Source: a bacterium
GTDB taxonomy: Bacteria > Patescibacteriota > Patescibacteriia > JAACEG01 > JAGUWE01
Direction of reading: 5' to 3'
Assembly (NCBI GenBank): GCA_043798995.1
Contig: JAZDOD010000011.1
Span: 4,737-68,736 of the forward strand
DNA length: 64,000 bases
A program made the translations under genes and the position numbers. Position 1 is the first letter of the stretch. Each line of letters begins with the position of its first letter. Of the stretch, positions 50,847 to 60,309 are shown one piece after another. The notes below the pieces were generated by a model, which ran no database searches, was not told where the DNA came from, and saw nothing but the letters and a program-made list of their open reading frames with translations.

Positions 50847-50981
50847 ATGGAAGCACTGCTCAAAATAAAGCAACAGATACAAAAATGCAATTCTCTCGGT
50901 CCGAGTCATTTTTGCAAATATTGCGAGGGGAGGCTCCTTTGCTGGAAATTGGCCATTGATAAAATCATCAATGCCACTTAG
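50847..50981 (+). CDS. 44-aa Cys-rich ORF (not in ORF track)
   Basis: MEALLKIKQQIQKCNSLGPSHFCKYCEGRLLCWKLAIDKIINAT; promoter TTGACA-17-TATACT 50782-50810, SD AAGGAGGTG, terminator at about 50996-51030. Confidence 0.65.
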   Translation: MEALLKIKQQIQKCNSLGPSHFCKYCEGRLLCWKLAIDKIINAT

Positions 50982-51079
50982 TTAAAAAAACACATAAAGC
51001 AGTAAGATTTACTTACTGCTTTCTTTTTTTATCCTTTAATAAAAAAAACTCATTTTGGCGCCAAAATGAGTTTTGATGC

Positions 51080-51469
51080 TTAGCGGTTGAATTCCGCTTC
51101 GCTTATGGACTGGGTGTCATAATTTCCGCCAACGATCGGGTGAAGAGTGATATTGGCAACTGCATAGTAAGGATCAAAGGCCTTTAGTTCAAAGTACTCG
51201 CCTTTGATGTAGCGGCAATGGCCCGGGGTGCCATAGCGGACTTTGACGTGGTAGGTGTCGTTGCCAAGGTTATAGATAGTTTCTTTTGAGCCGTTGGGAA
51301 CGGTAATTTTTTGCGCTTCGCCCGCCGAAGAAATTAATTTAACCAAAGCGTCTTCGCCTGATTGATTGTCAAAAGTTACGCTGTTGTCCTGGGCCAAAGC
51401 CAGGATCGGATTGATCAGGAAAAGAATTAAAAATAAGAAAAACAAAGACCAAAGAACTCCTCTTCTCAT
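51080..51469 (-). CDS. Secreted hypothetical protein
   Basis: Signal peptide ending ALA, SD AAGGAGG. Confidence 0.7.
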   Translation of the reverse strand: MRRGVLWSLFFLFLILFLINPILALAQDNSVTFDNQSGEDALVKLISSAGEAQKITVPNGSKETIYNLGNDTYHVKVRYGTPGHCRYIKGEYFELKAFDPYYAVANITLHPIVGGNYDTQSISEAEFNR

Positions 51470-51654
51470 CTCGTCCTCCTTTTTAAAAGATTTAGTTTAA
51501 ATTTTAATTGCAAAACAAAAATTTGTCAAGATTTTTACGGCATTTATTAAATTCATTAGGTTAAAATAAGCCGGCTTGAATCCGGCGTCTTGTTACGCGA
51601 CTTGACAAATCATATGATTTTATAGTAACTTTAATTATCTATTAATATAAAAAT

Positions 51655-53409
51655 TTGTTTATGATTAGCTTTTTTACTAAAAGTAGAAATCATGCCGAAC
51701 TCGGCGAAATACTCAAAAAAGAAGGCCTCTTAACCAAAGAGCAGTTTGAAACAATTGTCCGCCAGGCCGAAAAGGCAGGCCGCCATTTGACAGAGATTAT
51801 TTTTGAGGACAGCTCATTGCCCGAGGAAAAAACTTTGGCGCTACTTTGCCAGTTTTATGATTTACCGCCTGTTTTTCTAAGAAAGAAAGTAATTTCTCCG
51901 TTGGTGATCAATCTTATTCCCAAAGAAGTTGCCGAACAGCACAATGTTATAATTTTTAAAAAAATCAAAGATGTAATTCATGTTGCCATCACCAACCCGG
52001 AGAATTATCAAATTTTGGAATTTATTAAAAAGAAAACCGAATTGGAACCGATACCCCATCTGACCACGCCCAAGGATATCAATGTCGCTTTAAGAAAATA
52101 TAATACCCAGATCGGCGAAGATCTGGCCCAAATCATTGATTATAGCGTTAAGGAAGCGGCAGCTTTGAATGTTTCTCCGGAACAGGCCGCTCGCTTTCTT
52201 CCTGTTATAAAAATGGTTAATGGAATTATTGAAAAAGCCCTTGGCAAAGGAGCATCCGATATTCACGTGGAGCCGACTTTAGACAAAATTATTATCCGTT
52301 ACCGAATCGACGGCATGTTGAATAGGGTAGCGGAATTGCCGAAAGAAGCTTTGCCCCTTTTTATAACCAGAATTAAGATCTTGGCCAATCTTAAAATTGA
52401 TGAACACATGATACCTCAGGACGGTCGTTTTCATTTTAAATATCAGGATCAGGAAATTGCTATCAGAGTTTCAATTATTCCAACACTCCACGGCCCCAAA
52501 GCAGCCCTGCGGCTTTTGGAAATGCAACAGAAAGTTTTTACCCTGAGGAAGCTCGGCCTGAATCAAAATCACTATGGTTTGCTCAAAAATGAAATCAAAG
52601 CCAATCAGGGCATGATTTTGGTTACCGGCCCTACCGGCAGCGGCAAAACTACCACTCTTTATACGCTTATGCGCATGCTCAACCGAGAAGATGTTAATAT
52701 CTGCACCATTGAAGATCCGATTGAATATAGCATTGACAATATTAATCAAATGCAAGTTAAGCCCCAAGTCGGCCTGACCTTTGCTTCGGGGCTGCGGTCG
52801 CTTCTCCGCCAGGACCCCAATATCATAATGGTTGGAGAAATAAGAGACGAGGAAACGGCCAGTATGGCGGCCAATTCTGCCATGACCGGCCATTTAGTTT
52901 TATCAACTTTGCATACCAATAACGCCTTTTTTGTTGTTCAAAGGTTATATGAAATGGGCATTCAGCCCTATCTTTTGGCTTCGGTTATCAATTTGGTTAT
53001 CGGCCAACGCTTAGTCAGAAGAATTTGTTCTAATTGCCGCGGTCGGGGACGTTTTCCGGAAAAAATTATCGCCAATTACCAGCCATTTTTAAAAATTAAA
53101 GAAACAATAACAAAATTAAAAAAACAGGATCTTTTGCCCAAGGACATTAAAGTCCAAGAATTTCGGCTACTTCACGGGAGAGGTTGCGCCAAATGCAATT
53201 ACACCGGCTATCAGGGCAGAGTAGGAATTTACGAAATATTAAAAATAGACAGAAAAATGCGAAAATTAATTCTGAGCGACAACAGCGAAGAGGCAATTAG
53301 AAGATATGCCGCCTCACAAAATATTTTGACCATGGCCGAAGACGGCATTCTAAAAGTTCTAAACGGCGTCACTACTTTTGACGAAGTTTTAAGGGTAACC
53401 AAAGAATAA
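51655..53409 (+). CDS. pilB: Type IV pilus/T2SS assembly ATPase (PilB/GspE family)
   Basis: ASDIHVEP, PQDGR, GPTGSGKTTTLY, TIEDPIEY, LRQDP, GEIRD, GHLVLSTLH, tetracysteine motif. Confidence 0.9.
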   Translation: MFMISFFTKSRNHAELGEILKKEGLLTKEQFETIVRQAEKAGRHLTEIIFEDSSLPEEKTLALLCQFYDLPPVFLRKKVISPLVINLIPKEVAEQHNVIIFKKIKDVIHVAITNPENYQILEFIKKKTELEPIPHLTTPKDINVALRKYNTQIGEDLAQIIDYSVKEAAALNVSPEQAARFLPVIKMVNGIIEKALGKGASDIHVEPTLDKIIIRYRIDGMLNRVAELPKEALPLFITRIKILANLKIDEHMIPQDGRFHFKYQDQEIAIRVSIIPTLHGPKAALRLLEMQQKVFTLRKLGLNQNHYGLLKNEIKANQGMILVTGPTGSGKTTTLYTLMRMLNREDVNICTIEDPIEYSIDNINQMQVKPQVGLTFASGLRSLLRQDPNIIMVGEIRDEETASMAANSAMTGHLVLSTLHTNNAFFVVQRLYEMGIQPYLLASVINLVIGQRLVRRICSNCRGRGRFPEKIIANYQPFLKIKETITKLKKQDLLPKDIKVQEFRLLHGRGCAKCNYTGYQGRVGIYEILKIDRKMRKLILSDNSEEAIRRYAASQNILTMAEDGILKVLNGVTTFDEVLRVTKE

Positions 53410-53415
53410 AATAAT

Positions 53416-54624
53416 ATGCCAATCTATACTTTTAGCGCGCTCAAAGAAGACAATTCTTATATAAAAGGAAAGGTAAAGGCGCGCAGTCAGAAAAAAGCTA
53501 TAAAGATATTAGAAAAAGAGAAATTGTTGACGGTAAATATAAAAAAGGAAAAAAAGTTTGTCTGGGATAAAGTTTTAGCTTTTTCCACCGTCAGCCGGAT
53601 TGATAAGATTAATTTTACCAGGCATTTGGAGGCTTATCTTGAAGCAGGGGTTAATTTGGGCGAAGCGGTTAAAATCGCCGCCGAGCAAACCACCAATAAA
53701 AAATTGCAAGGAATTCTTGATGATATACACAAGAAAATTATGGGCGGCCAGAGTTTAAATGGCGCGCTTTCCCAGCACAGTAAATATTTTTCAAAATATT
53801 TTATTCGCCTGATAAGGGTAGGGGAAGAAAGCGGCTCCTTGGATAAAATACTGCGGCAGCTTTTAGAGCAGCAGGAAAAAGAATACGAATTAATAGGGAC
53901 CGTTCGCCGCTCTTTAACCTATCCGATTATCATAATCTTGGCTGCGATCGCGGTGGTAGTTTTTATGATGACTTTTGTCATCCCGACCGTTGCCAAAGTT
54001 TTGATTGATTACGGCGGCAAGCTGCCTTTGGCCACCAAAATCCTCATTACCGTAAGTAATTTTTTGGTTAATTTTGGCCTCTTGATGGCGCTGCTGATAA
54101 TTGTTATCGTTGTTTTTCTGCGGATTATAATCAAAAGAACTCCTTGGGGCAAATGGTATTTTGAATCTTTTCTCTTTTCCGTACCTATTCTCAAGAGAAT
54201 TATCATTGAATACAACATTGCTCATTTCACCACTTCAATGAGCGCGCCTCTTATGAGCGGCATACCCATAGACAAAGCTCTTGAATTAGCGGCAGAATCC
54301 TATCCTAACAGCCATTACCGGAAAACCATCAAAGAAAGCATAATTTTTATCCATCGCGGAGTTTCGCTTTCCGAGGTTTTGCGGGCGCACCCCAAGCTTT
54401 ATCCGCCGAATGTAATCCGCATAATCGAGATCGGCGAGCGAACCGGCCGGATTGACAATATGTTTTCCCACCTGGCTAATTTTTATCAAAAGTCGGTGAC
54501 CAACACCCTTAGCAATCTATCAACCGTTATTGAGCCGTTTTTATTAATTGCCATCGGTTTGACGGTTTGCTTTATTGCCGTTTCAATCCTCACGCCGATT
54601 TGGAGTTTTGCCGAAACCGTTTAA
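53416..54624 (+). CDS. pilC: Type IV pilus/T2SS platform protein (PilC/GspF family)
   Basis: GEESGSLD, YPIII, GERTGRID, IEP. Confidence 0.9.
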   Translation: MPIYTFSALKEDNSYIKGKVKARSQKKAIKILEKEKLLTVNIKKEKKFVWDKVLAFSTVSRIDKINFTRHLEAYLEAGVNLGEAVKIAAEQTTNKKLQGILDDIHKKIMGGQSLNGALSQHSKYFSKYFIRLIRVGEESGSLDKILRQLLEQQEKEYELIGTVRRSLTYPIIIILAAIAVVVFMMTFVIPTVAKVLIDYGGKLPLATKILITVSNFLVNFGLLMALLIIVIVVFLRIIIKRTPWGKWYFESFLFSVPILKRIIIEYNIAHFTTSMSAPLMSGIPIDKALELAAESYPNSHYRKTIKESIIFIHRGVSLSEVLRAHPKLYPPNVIRIIEIGERTGRIDNMFSHLANFYQKSVTNTLSNLSTVIEPFLLIAIGLTVCFIAVSILTPIWSFAETV

Positions 54625-54666
54625 CTTGATAATTCATTGTTGTCTTGCCGCAGAGTTGCCTTCGTC

Positions 54667-54781
54667 TGTCATTCCCGCGGAAGCGGGAATCCAGACGCCG
54701 TTCCTGCGAAAGCAGGGAGCCAGGGGATGTGGATTCCCGTTTTCACGGGAATGACAAAAAAAGAAAAAGTGCGGGATGACA
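54667..54781. repeat. Family A palindrome doublet with internal copy and ATGACA tail
   Basis: TGTCATTCCCGCGGAAGCGGGAATCCAG...GGATTCCCGTTTTCACGGGAATGACA. Confidence 0.9.
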
Positions 54782-54807
54782 AATAGAACGCAAAAACTTC
54801 AACTTTT

Positions 54808-55257
54808 ATGAAAAATAAATTTAAAAGCAAGGGAGGTTTTACCTTAATTGAGATGCTTGTAGTAATGGCGGCTTTCGGTTTTATTTTAGCCATTACTGTT
54901 TTGTCTTACAATAATATCAGAAACAACATTGTCTTAAACAATAACGGTTTTGAGATAGCAAACGCCCTAAGAGAAGCGCAAAGCCGGTCCATCGTTTCTA
55001 AAAATAACCAAGTGCACGGCGTTCATTTTAATTCTGCCGATTATATTTTATATGACGGTCATTGGCCGGACATTACTTCTCAAACTGCTTATTCTTTTTC
55101 CCAAGGCATAAATATTTATAGCGGCGAAGGCATTAGCGTGGAATTTATGCGTCTCACCGGAGGAGCCGTCCAAGCAGAAGAAATTGTCATTGGCACAACC
55201 TCGGGCAACCAGAAGACAATCAGAATTGCCGCTAGCGGAAGAATTTCCATTGAATAA
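54808..55257 (+). CDS. Minor pilin (FimT/GspH-like)
   Basis: G/FTLIEMLVV. Confidence 0.88.
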   Translation: MKNKFKSKGGFTLIEMLVVMAAFGFILAITVLSYNNIRNNIVLNNNGFEIANALREAQSRSIVSKNNQVHGVHFNSADYILYDGHWPDITSQTAYSFSQGINIYSGEGISVEFMRLTGGAVQAEEIVIGTTSGNQKTIRIAASGRISIE

Positions 55258-55261
55258 ATAT

Positions 55262-55855
55262 ATGAAAAAACATCCTAAGGGATATATTATATTGGAAGTC
55301 ATTTTAGTTATCGGTATGGTATCATTGATTGTTCTTAGCGTCGGTAAAATTTTAGACACGCTTATAAGGTTAAATAAAATCAGCGAATCGCAAAGCAAAG
55401 CCCTAAGCTTTGCCCAAGAATCTTTGGAGATAATGAATGCCATAGGGCCGGCGAACTTTGTCTGCAGCTGCAACTTGGGCGATAGTTGCTCTTCTGGTAC
55501 CTGCACCAGGGCAAGCGATAGCCAACCTTGCAGTTTGTTTGCCGGCTACACCAGTTGCTGGACAGCTTATCCAAAAGATTTTGTCGGGCAAACAAATTTT
55601 TATTTGGAAAAAGTTGGCACAGAGTGGCAACTGCGCGTCTTAAGCACTCCGAGTGAAACCATTGCCGCGGATACTCATTTTACCAGAAAGTTAACCATTG
55701 AAAATGCCTTGCGTGATGCCGATGGCAACATTGCTTCAGCCGGCACGCCTGACTCCAATACCAAAAAAATAACGGTTAAGGTTTGGTACAGTGAGCGCAG
55801 CGTAGTCCATGAAGTTGCTTTGAAAACAATTCTGACTGCTTGGAAGAATTATTAA
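55262..55855 (+). CDS. Minor pilin (PilV-like)
   Basis: G/YIILEVILV, ALSFAQESLE, KKITVKVWY; start at MKKHPK. Confidence 0.8.
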   Translation: MKKHPKGYIILEVILVIGMVSLIVLSVGKILDTLIRLNKISESQSKALSFAQESLEIMNAIGPANFVCSCNLGDSCSSGTCTRASDSQPCSLFAGYTSCWTAYPKDFVGQTNFYLEKVGTEWQLRVLSTPSETIAADTHFTRKLTIENALRDADGNIASAGTPDSNTKKITVKVWYSERSVVHEVALKTILTAWKNY

Positions 55856-55863
55856 AACAAATC

Positions 55864-55966
55864 TGTCATTTTGACTTCTTCTCTTTGTCATTCCTGCGGA
55901 AGCAGGAATCCAGAGCTGGATCCCGCATCAAGTGCGGGATGACATAGATGAGGCACAGGAATGACA
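55864..55966. repeat. Minimal empty family A doublet (55886-55944) with flanking end copies
   Basis: TGTCATTCCTGCGGAAGCAGGAATCCAG-AG-CTGGATCCCGCATCAAGTGCGGGATGACA. Confidence 0.92.
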
Positions 55967-55992
55967 AAGAGAATATAAAATAAATTATAGAT

Positions 55993-56535
55993 ATGAAAAA
56001 TAATTTTAAAAATCAAGCCGGGCCTGCCCTCACACAAAAATTTGTTGTGACCCTGCGAAACAGGGGAGGGTTTACCATGATCGAGTTGCTTATTTATCTT
56101 GCCTTGACTACCGTGATTATTACGATTTTTACCGCTTTTATGGCCGAGGCCCTAAAAAGCCAGAGAAAAACAATTAACTCTCAAGCGGTTCAGCAGGAAA
56201 GCCGTTTTATTATTTCCCGCATCACCCAAGAGGTAAAAACTGCCCGGGAAGTTACCAGCGTTGAGCCCCAAAGATTAACCCTGAAAAATCCGGACAATCA
56301 AACAATCCAACTTTATCTAAATAGCATCGATGGCCTGGTTTATTTTGACAACAGCGTCCAAACCTCGCCTCTTTCCAGCCAAGACATTAAAATAACCCAA
56401 CTTAATTTTTCCCAAGAAGGTGATATTATTTATATCAATCTTACGGCCGAGAAAGATGAAACGCCCGACCAGCCAGGAGGCATATACTCACTTAGCTCGT
56501 CTTCGCTGGTGGTTCCCCGGGAGAAAATATATTAA
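55993..56535 (+). CDS. Minor pilin (PilW-like)
   Basis: G/FTMIELLIYLAL. Confidence 0.85.
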   Translation: MKNNFKNQAGPALTQKFVVTLRNRGGFTMIELLIYLALTTVIITIFTAFMAEALKSQRKTINSQAVQQESRFIISRITQEVKTAREVTSVEPQRLTLKNPDNQTIQLYLNSIDGLVYFDNSVQTSPLSSQDIKITQLNFSQEGDIIYINLTAEKDETPDQPGGIYSLSSSSLVVPREKIY

Positions 56536-56559
56536 GAGAAAAACCTTATTTTTTTACCC

Positions 56560-56697
56560 TGTCATTCCGGACTCCCTTCTGTCATTCCTGCGAAACTTGT
56601 CCTCGAGAAATCGGGGAGCAGGAATCCAGGAGAATTGATATGGTTCCCCGTTTTCACGGGGACGGAGTCTGGATCCCGTATCTAGTACGGGATGACA
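56560..56697. repeat. Family A palindrome cluster
   Basis: TGTCATTCCTG...CAGGAATCCAG...CTGGATCCCGTATCTAGTACGGGATGACA. Confidence 0.85.
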
Positions 56698-56737
56698 AAG
56701 AAAGAAGCGCAGGATGGTATTCAATAATTCTATAATT

Positions 56738-58096
56738 ATGAATTTTAAATATCAAAAACCAGAAGGGATGATTGCAGTGCTTACTTTGTTCGGCGTTACG
56801 GCCGTGACCTTGGCTATTGCCTCAACTTTGGTTTCGCTTTCAATCGGCGATCTTAAAATGAGCCGGGCAGGAGGATCTTTAGAACAGGCCTTTTATTCGG
56901 CCGAGTCAGGTCTTAACGAAGCGCTTTATCGGCTGATTAAAAATCCCGTTCCGGGAAATTATTCAATTAATCTTGACGGCACCAGTATTGCCATTTCCGT
57001 TTCAACTAATCCCGCCGATCATTACCAGCGAATCATTCAGTCGCAAGCTACAGACCCAACAGGTAAAATCCGCACCGTTAGAATTATTGCCAATACTTCT
57101 TCTTTCGCCGGCGGTTTTGATTATGCCGTTCAGGGCGGCAATGGCGGCATTCATATGGATAATAACAGCGAGGTAGCAGGCGGTGTTTATTCCAACAGCA
57201 GCATTTTACCAGCCGGCGCTTGTCCCGGGGGCGAATCAGCCAAGCCCCTTATTAACGGTAATGTCTGGGTGGCTAATAGTAATCTTTTAGATTGCGTTAA
57301 AGTAGGCGGCGAGGTCCGCTCCAATACTATTCATCGTTCAATTATCAGCAGCAATGCTTATTATCAGACAATTGACGGGTCAACAAAAGTTGGCGGCACG
57401 CCTTGTCCTAACGGCCATTGCTTTCCCTCATCACCCGATCCTTTGCCTAAGCCCATGCCGATTAATGATGACGATGTTAATACTTGGAAAACCGAGATTA
57501 TAAATGCAGGCAATCCTGTTTTACTGCCCAACACAGCTGATTGCCCGATTGATGCCCTCGGCAATCATCTTCCCAATACTTATTGTATAATGGCAGATAC
57601 AACCTTGGGTTTGCAAAAAATAGAAGCCGATATTTATATTGACAATGGCGTTACCCTTACTTTACTTGGCAATATTTGGGCAACGGGGAAAATTATTTTA
57701 CAGAATAACGGTCTTATCAAAATTGATCCGTCTTTGGGCTGGGGCAGCGCGGTGATTATTACCGATGACATTGTTGATGTTGGTGAAAATTTCAGTATTT
57801 CCGGCTCGGGCGATCCGCGCAGTTTTGTTTTGATTCTTTCAACCAGCACCAGCGTTGATCCGGCTCTGCCTGCAGTTTATGCTTCCAATAATTCGGCTTC
57901 CATCGTCTTTGCCGCTATCCACGGCCTGCTAAAGGTTAAAAATAATGGCGCGCTTAATGCCGCAGCCGCAGAAGAGCTTTGGCTTGAGCCCAACAGTCGG
58001 GTAACCTACAATCCGCTTTTGGCAGCTTTTTCCGTGCCCGGCGGCGGTGGCGGCGACGAAGTCGGTACTGCCCTGGGAACTTGGGAAGAGAAATAA
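56738..58096 (+). CDS. PilX N-terminal domain protein
   Basis: G/MIAVLTL, QAFYSAESGLNEAL, C-terminal WEEK. Confidence 0.8.
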   Translation: MNFKYQKPEGMIAVLTLFGVTAVTLAIASTLVSLSIGDLKMSRAGGSLEQAFYSAESGLNEALYRLIKNPVPGNYSINLDGTSIAISVSTNPADHYQRIIQSQATDPTGKIRTVRIIANTSSFAGGFDYAVQGGNGGIHMDNNSEVAGGVYSNSSILPAGACPGGESAKPLINGNVWVANSNLLDCVKVGGEVRSNTIHRSIISSNAYYQTIDGSTKVGGTPCPNGHCFPSSPDPLPKPMPINDDDVNTWKTEIINAGNPVLLPNTADCPIDALGNHLPNTYCIMADTTLGLQKIEADIYIDNGVTLTLLGNIWATGKIILQNNGLIKIDPSLGWGSAVIITDDIVDVGENFSISGSGDPRSFVLILSTSTSVDPALPAVYASNNSASIVFAAIHGLLKVKNNGALNAAAAEELWLEPNSRVTYNPLLAAFSVPGGGGGDEVGTALGTWEEK

Positions 58097-58166
58097 TTAT
58101 AACTGCAAATTCGGTAAAAATAAAAAAGTCCTGTTTCAGACTTTTTTATTAATTTTTTAAAACAAT

Positions 58167-58463
58167 TTAATATTCTAATTTGACGCCAAGTTTTTCAGCT
58201 AATAGCTGAATCCATTTTTCATGGCGATCTAATTTAGAATTTATAAATACATATTCTTGGCTAAGATTTTCAACGGTTTTGGTTAATTTATCAACAGAAA
58301 TAATTAAGTTCTCAATAGCCATCCTGAGACTATCAAACTTTTCGTCTGCATCTTCTCTGAATTCAGCAAATTCTTTTTGGGTAACTAACTGAGTAACCAA
58401 GTTAGTTACATCATCTTTGGTCGCGACTATTTCACTAAGTTTTTGAATATCCTCATTAGTCAA
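58167..58463 (-). CDS. Small coiled-coil protein
   Basis: LTNEDIQKL...VATKDD...RHEKWIQLLAEKLGVKLEY; start uncertain (TTG at 58463 or upstream). Confidence 0.65.
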   Translation of the reverse strand: MTNEDIQKLSEIVATKDDVTNLVTQLVTQKEFAEFREDADEKFDSLRMAIENLIISVDKLTKTVENLSQEYVFINSKLDRHEKWIQLLAEKLGVKLEY

Positions 58464-58644
58464 CATATTTGGAAAATTATTTAATTTATTAGCTATATTA
58501 TAACTTGTTGCCAGAAGGGTGTCAAATTTTGCTTTTCCCCGTTTTTTGAATAGGTGGGGGATTATCCACAAACCCTTCCCCAATTTATCAACTATTTATC
58601 AACTTTTAACCCTTGACAAAACTGGCCAAAGATTTAAGATGACA

Positions 58645-58789
58645 AAACCATTAAAAATAATAAAACAAAATTGTCAAGCTGAATTTGCCTGCTTGCTTGC
58701 TGCGCCAAGATTCGGGTTTCAGGATTTTTTAGTTCTGGGGTCCGTCTATCAAGGCGACTGGAAGGCAGGTGAATTCAGTTTGAGAATTT
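58645..58789 (+). ncRNA. Candidate rod-shaped ncRNA
   Basis: DnaA box and TTGACA promoter upstream; 25-bp closing stem and G-U-rich inner stem. Confidence 0.45.
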
Positions 58790-58795
58790 AAAAAT

Positions 58796-59029
58796 TTATT
58801 TCTTTAAAAATTTAATGAGTTCGTCGGGTGAAATTTCTATTTCTCTTAAAATTTGTCTTAGGAGTCCCCGGCCAATATCTTCTCCGCAGTGAAAGGGAAC
58901 TAAAGTTGTTCTTCCGTCTTGATGCTTAAAAAAAATATGCGATCCTTTTTGTCGCACTGAATAAAAGCCAAGTTCTTTTAAAATTTTTATTAATTCTTGA
59001 GCTTTGAGAGTTGGCAGTTTTGGACTCAT
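58796..59029 (-). CDS. hicA: HicA-family toxin (mRNA interferase)
   Basis: LGF..RQKGSH..F.H.DGR...VPFH....GLLRQIL. Confidence 0.93.
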   Translation of the reverse strand: MSPKLPTLKAQELIKILKELGFYSVRQKGSHIFFKHQDGRTTLVPFHCGEDIGRGLLRQILREIEISPDELIKFLKK

Positions 59030-59274
59030 ACATTGACAGTTTGAAGACCGATAAAGGTGGGCTCATAGCTTAGGTGTTTAATCTTTTTTCTGTATTGAGG
59101 GTCTTCTTTTGCCACTTCAAGACAAAGCAGAATTGCTTCTCTAATTCTTTTATTAAGTTCATTAAGGGTTTTGGCTTGAGTACAGCAGCCCGGTAAAGCC
59201 GGCACAGAAGCAACAAAAAAACCATCCTCATCTTGCTCAATAATGACTCTAAATTGTCTTTGAACTTTCGCCAT
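59026..59274 (-). CDS. hicB: HicB-family antitoxin (short)
   Basis: IEQDEDGFFVASVPALPGC.TQAKTL.E; ATGA overlap with hicA. Confidence 0.92.
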   Translation of the reverse strand: MAKVQRQFRVIIEQDEDGFFVASVPALPGCCTQAKTLNELNKRIREAILLCLEVAKEDPQYRKKIKHLSYEPTFIGLQTVNV

Positions 59275-59351
59275 ATTTTTAGATAGATAGATTTTAAAAC
59301 TATTTTTAGTTTATATTTAATCAAAACGAATGTCAAGGTAAGGTTTAAAAA

Positions 59352-59458
59352 GGAGATTGTCGCGCCAAAGGCGGGACGTGGCAATCTCTTTTTCTCTTTG
59401 TCATCCCGCACTTGATGCGGGATCCAGCTCTGGATTCCTGGTCAAGCCAGGAATGACA
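59352..59458. repeat. Family B remnant and inverted family A doublet
   Basis: GAGATTG...GCAATCTC; TGTCATCCCGCACTTGATGCGGGATCCAG-CT-CTGGATTCCTG...CAGGAATGACA. Confidence 0.88.
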
Positions 59459-59790
59459 GAAAGGAGCCAGGCAATGATGGAAAAGCGAGTGGGGGGAGTT
59501 TCCCCCACCTATTAGAGTTATCCCCAGCTTAAAAAAAATCGGCTTGACACGAATTTTTAAAAATCATAAGATGATTTAATGTCTAATTGATATTGTAGAT
59601 AAACGACCCCGTGCCTCGATATGGGGCAAGTCTCGTACTTTGCGGGGTAAACCAATAAACTAAATCCGAAACTTTTTAAAAATAAGGAAGGCACCCCGAA
59701 AATTAAACTTCGTTTAATAACGGGGCAAAGGGAGGAAAAAGTTATTGGTTTTTTTGTTTATTTGTTTAAATTTTCGATTCCATTAATATA

Positions 59791-59893
59791 TGTCATTCCT
59801 GTGAAAACAGGAATCCAGAGCTGGATCCCGCATCTACCGCCTTTGGCGGGACAAGCAAGTGCGGGATGACAATAAGAGAAATTCAGGATGACA
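59791..59893. repeat. Family A doublet with nested palindrome and tail
   Basis: CCCGCATC[TACCGCCTTTGGCGGGACAAGC]AAGTGCGGGATGACA. Confidence 0.9.
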
Positions 59894-60309
59894 TTGAAAA
59901 ATAATCCCGCATAGATTTTTGGACTAGGCCTATTTGCTGTCACGAGATTAAAAGTGGTTAAAACAGCTTAGGTTGTTTCTTAACTGCCTTCCTCGAGATG
60001 CCCTTAGGTGCGTCCAAAAATTTGTGCAGGATATATATTAAGTAATTAAAAAAGTATGACCTACACAGCAAGAGAAATTCATTTCCCAAACTTTTGTTTT
60101 TGTTGGAAAAAAATAAATTTAAATATTATAAAATCTCAAGTTTAGCTTGAGATTTTTTGTTTATTTGTTTAAATTTTCAATCACGCCAAAGTCGAGAGCA
60201 GGAAATTTAGCAACAAATAAACATCCTGCCGTATCCGCCTACTGGCGGAGAAGGCGGATAAAAGGTTAGTCAATTTAAGAACTAATAAATAATAAATAAT
60301 CAAAACCAT

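Noticed and set aside
58519-59530. Replication origin
   Set aside because: Only one perfect and a few degenerate DnaA boxes, and no dnaA/dnaN nearby; GC skew could not be computed
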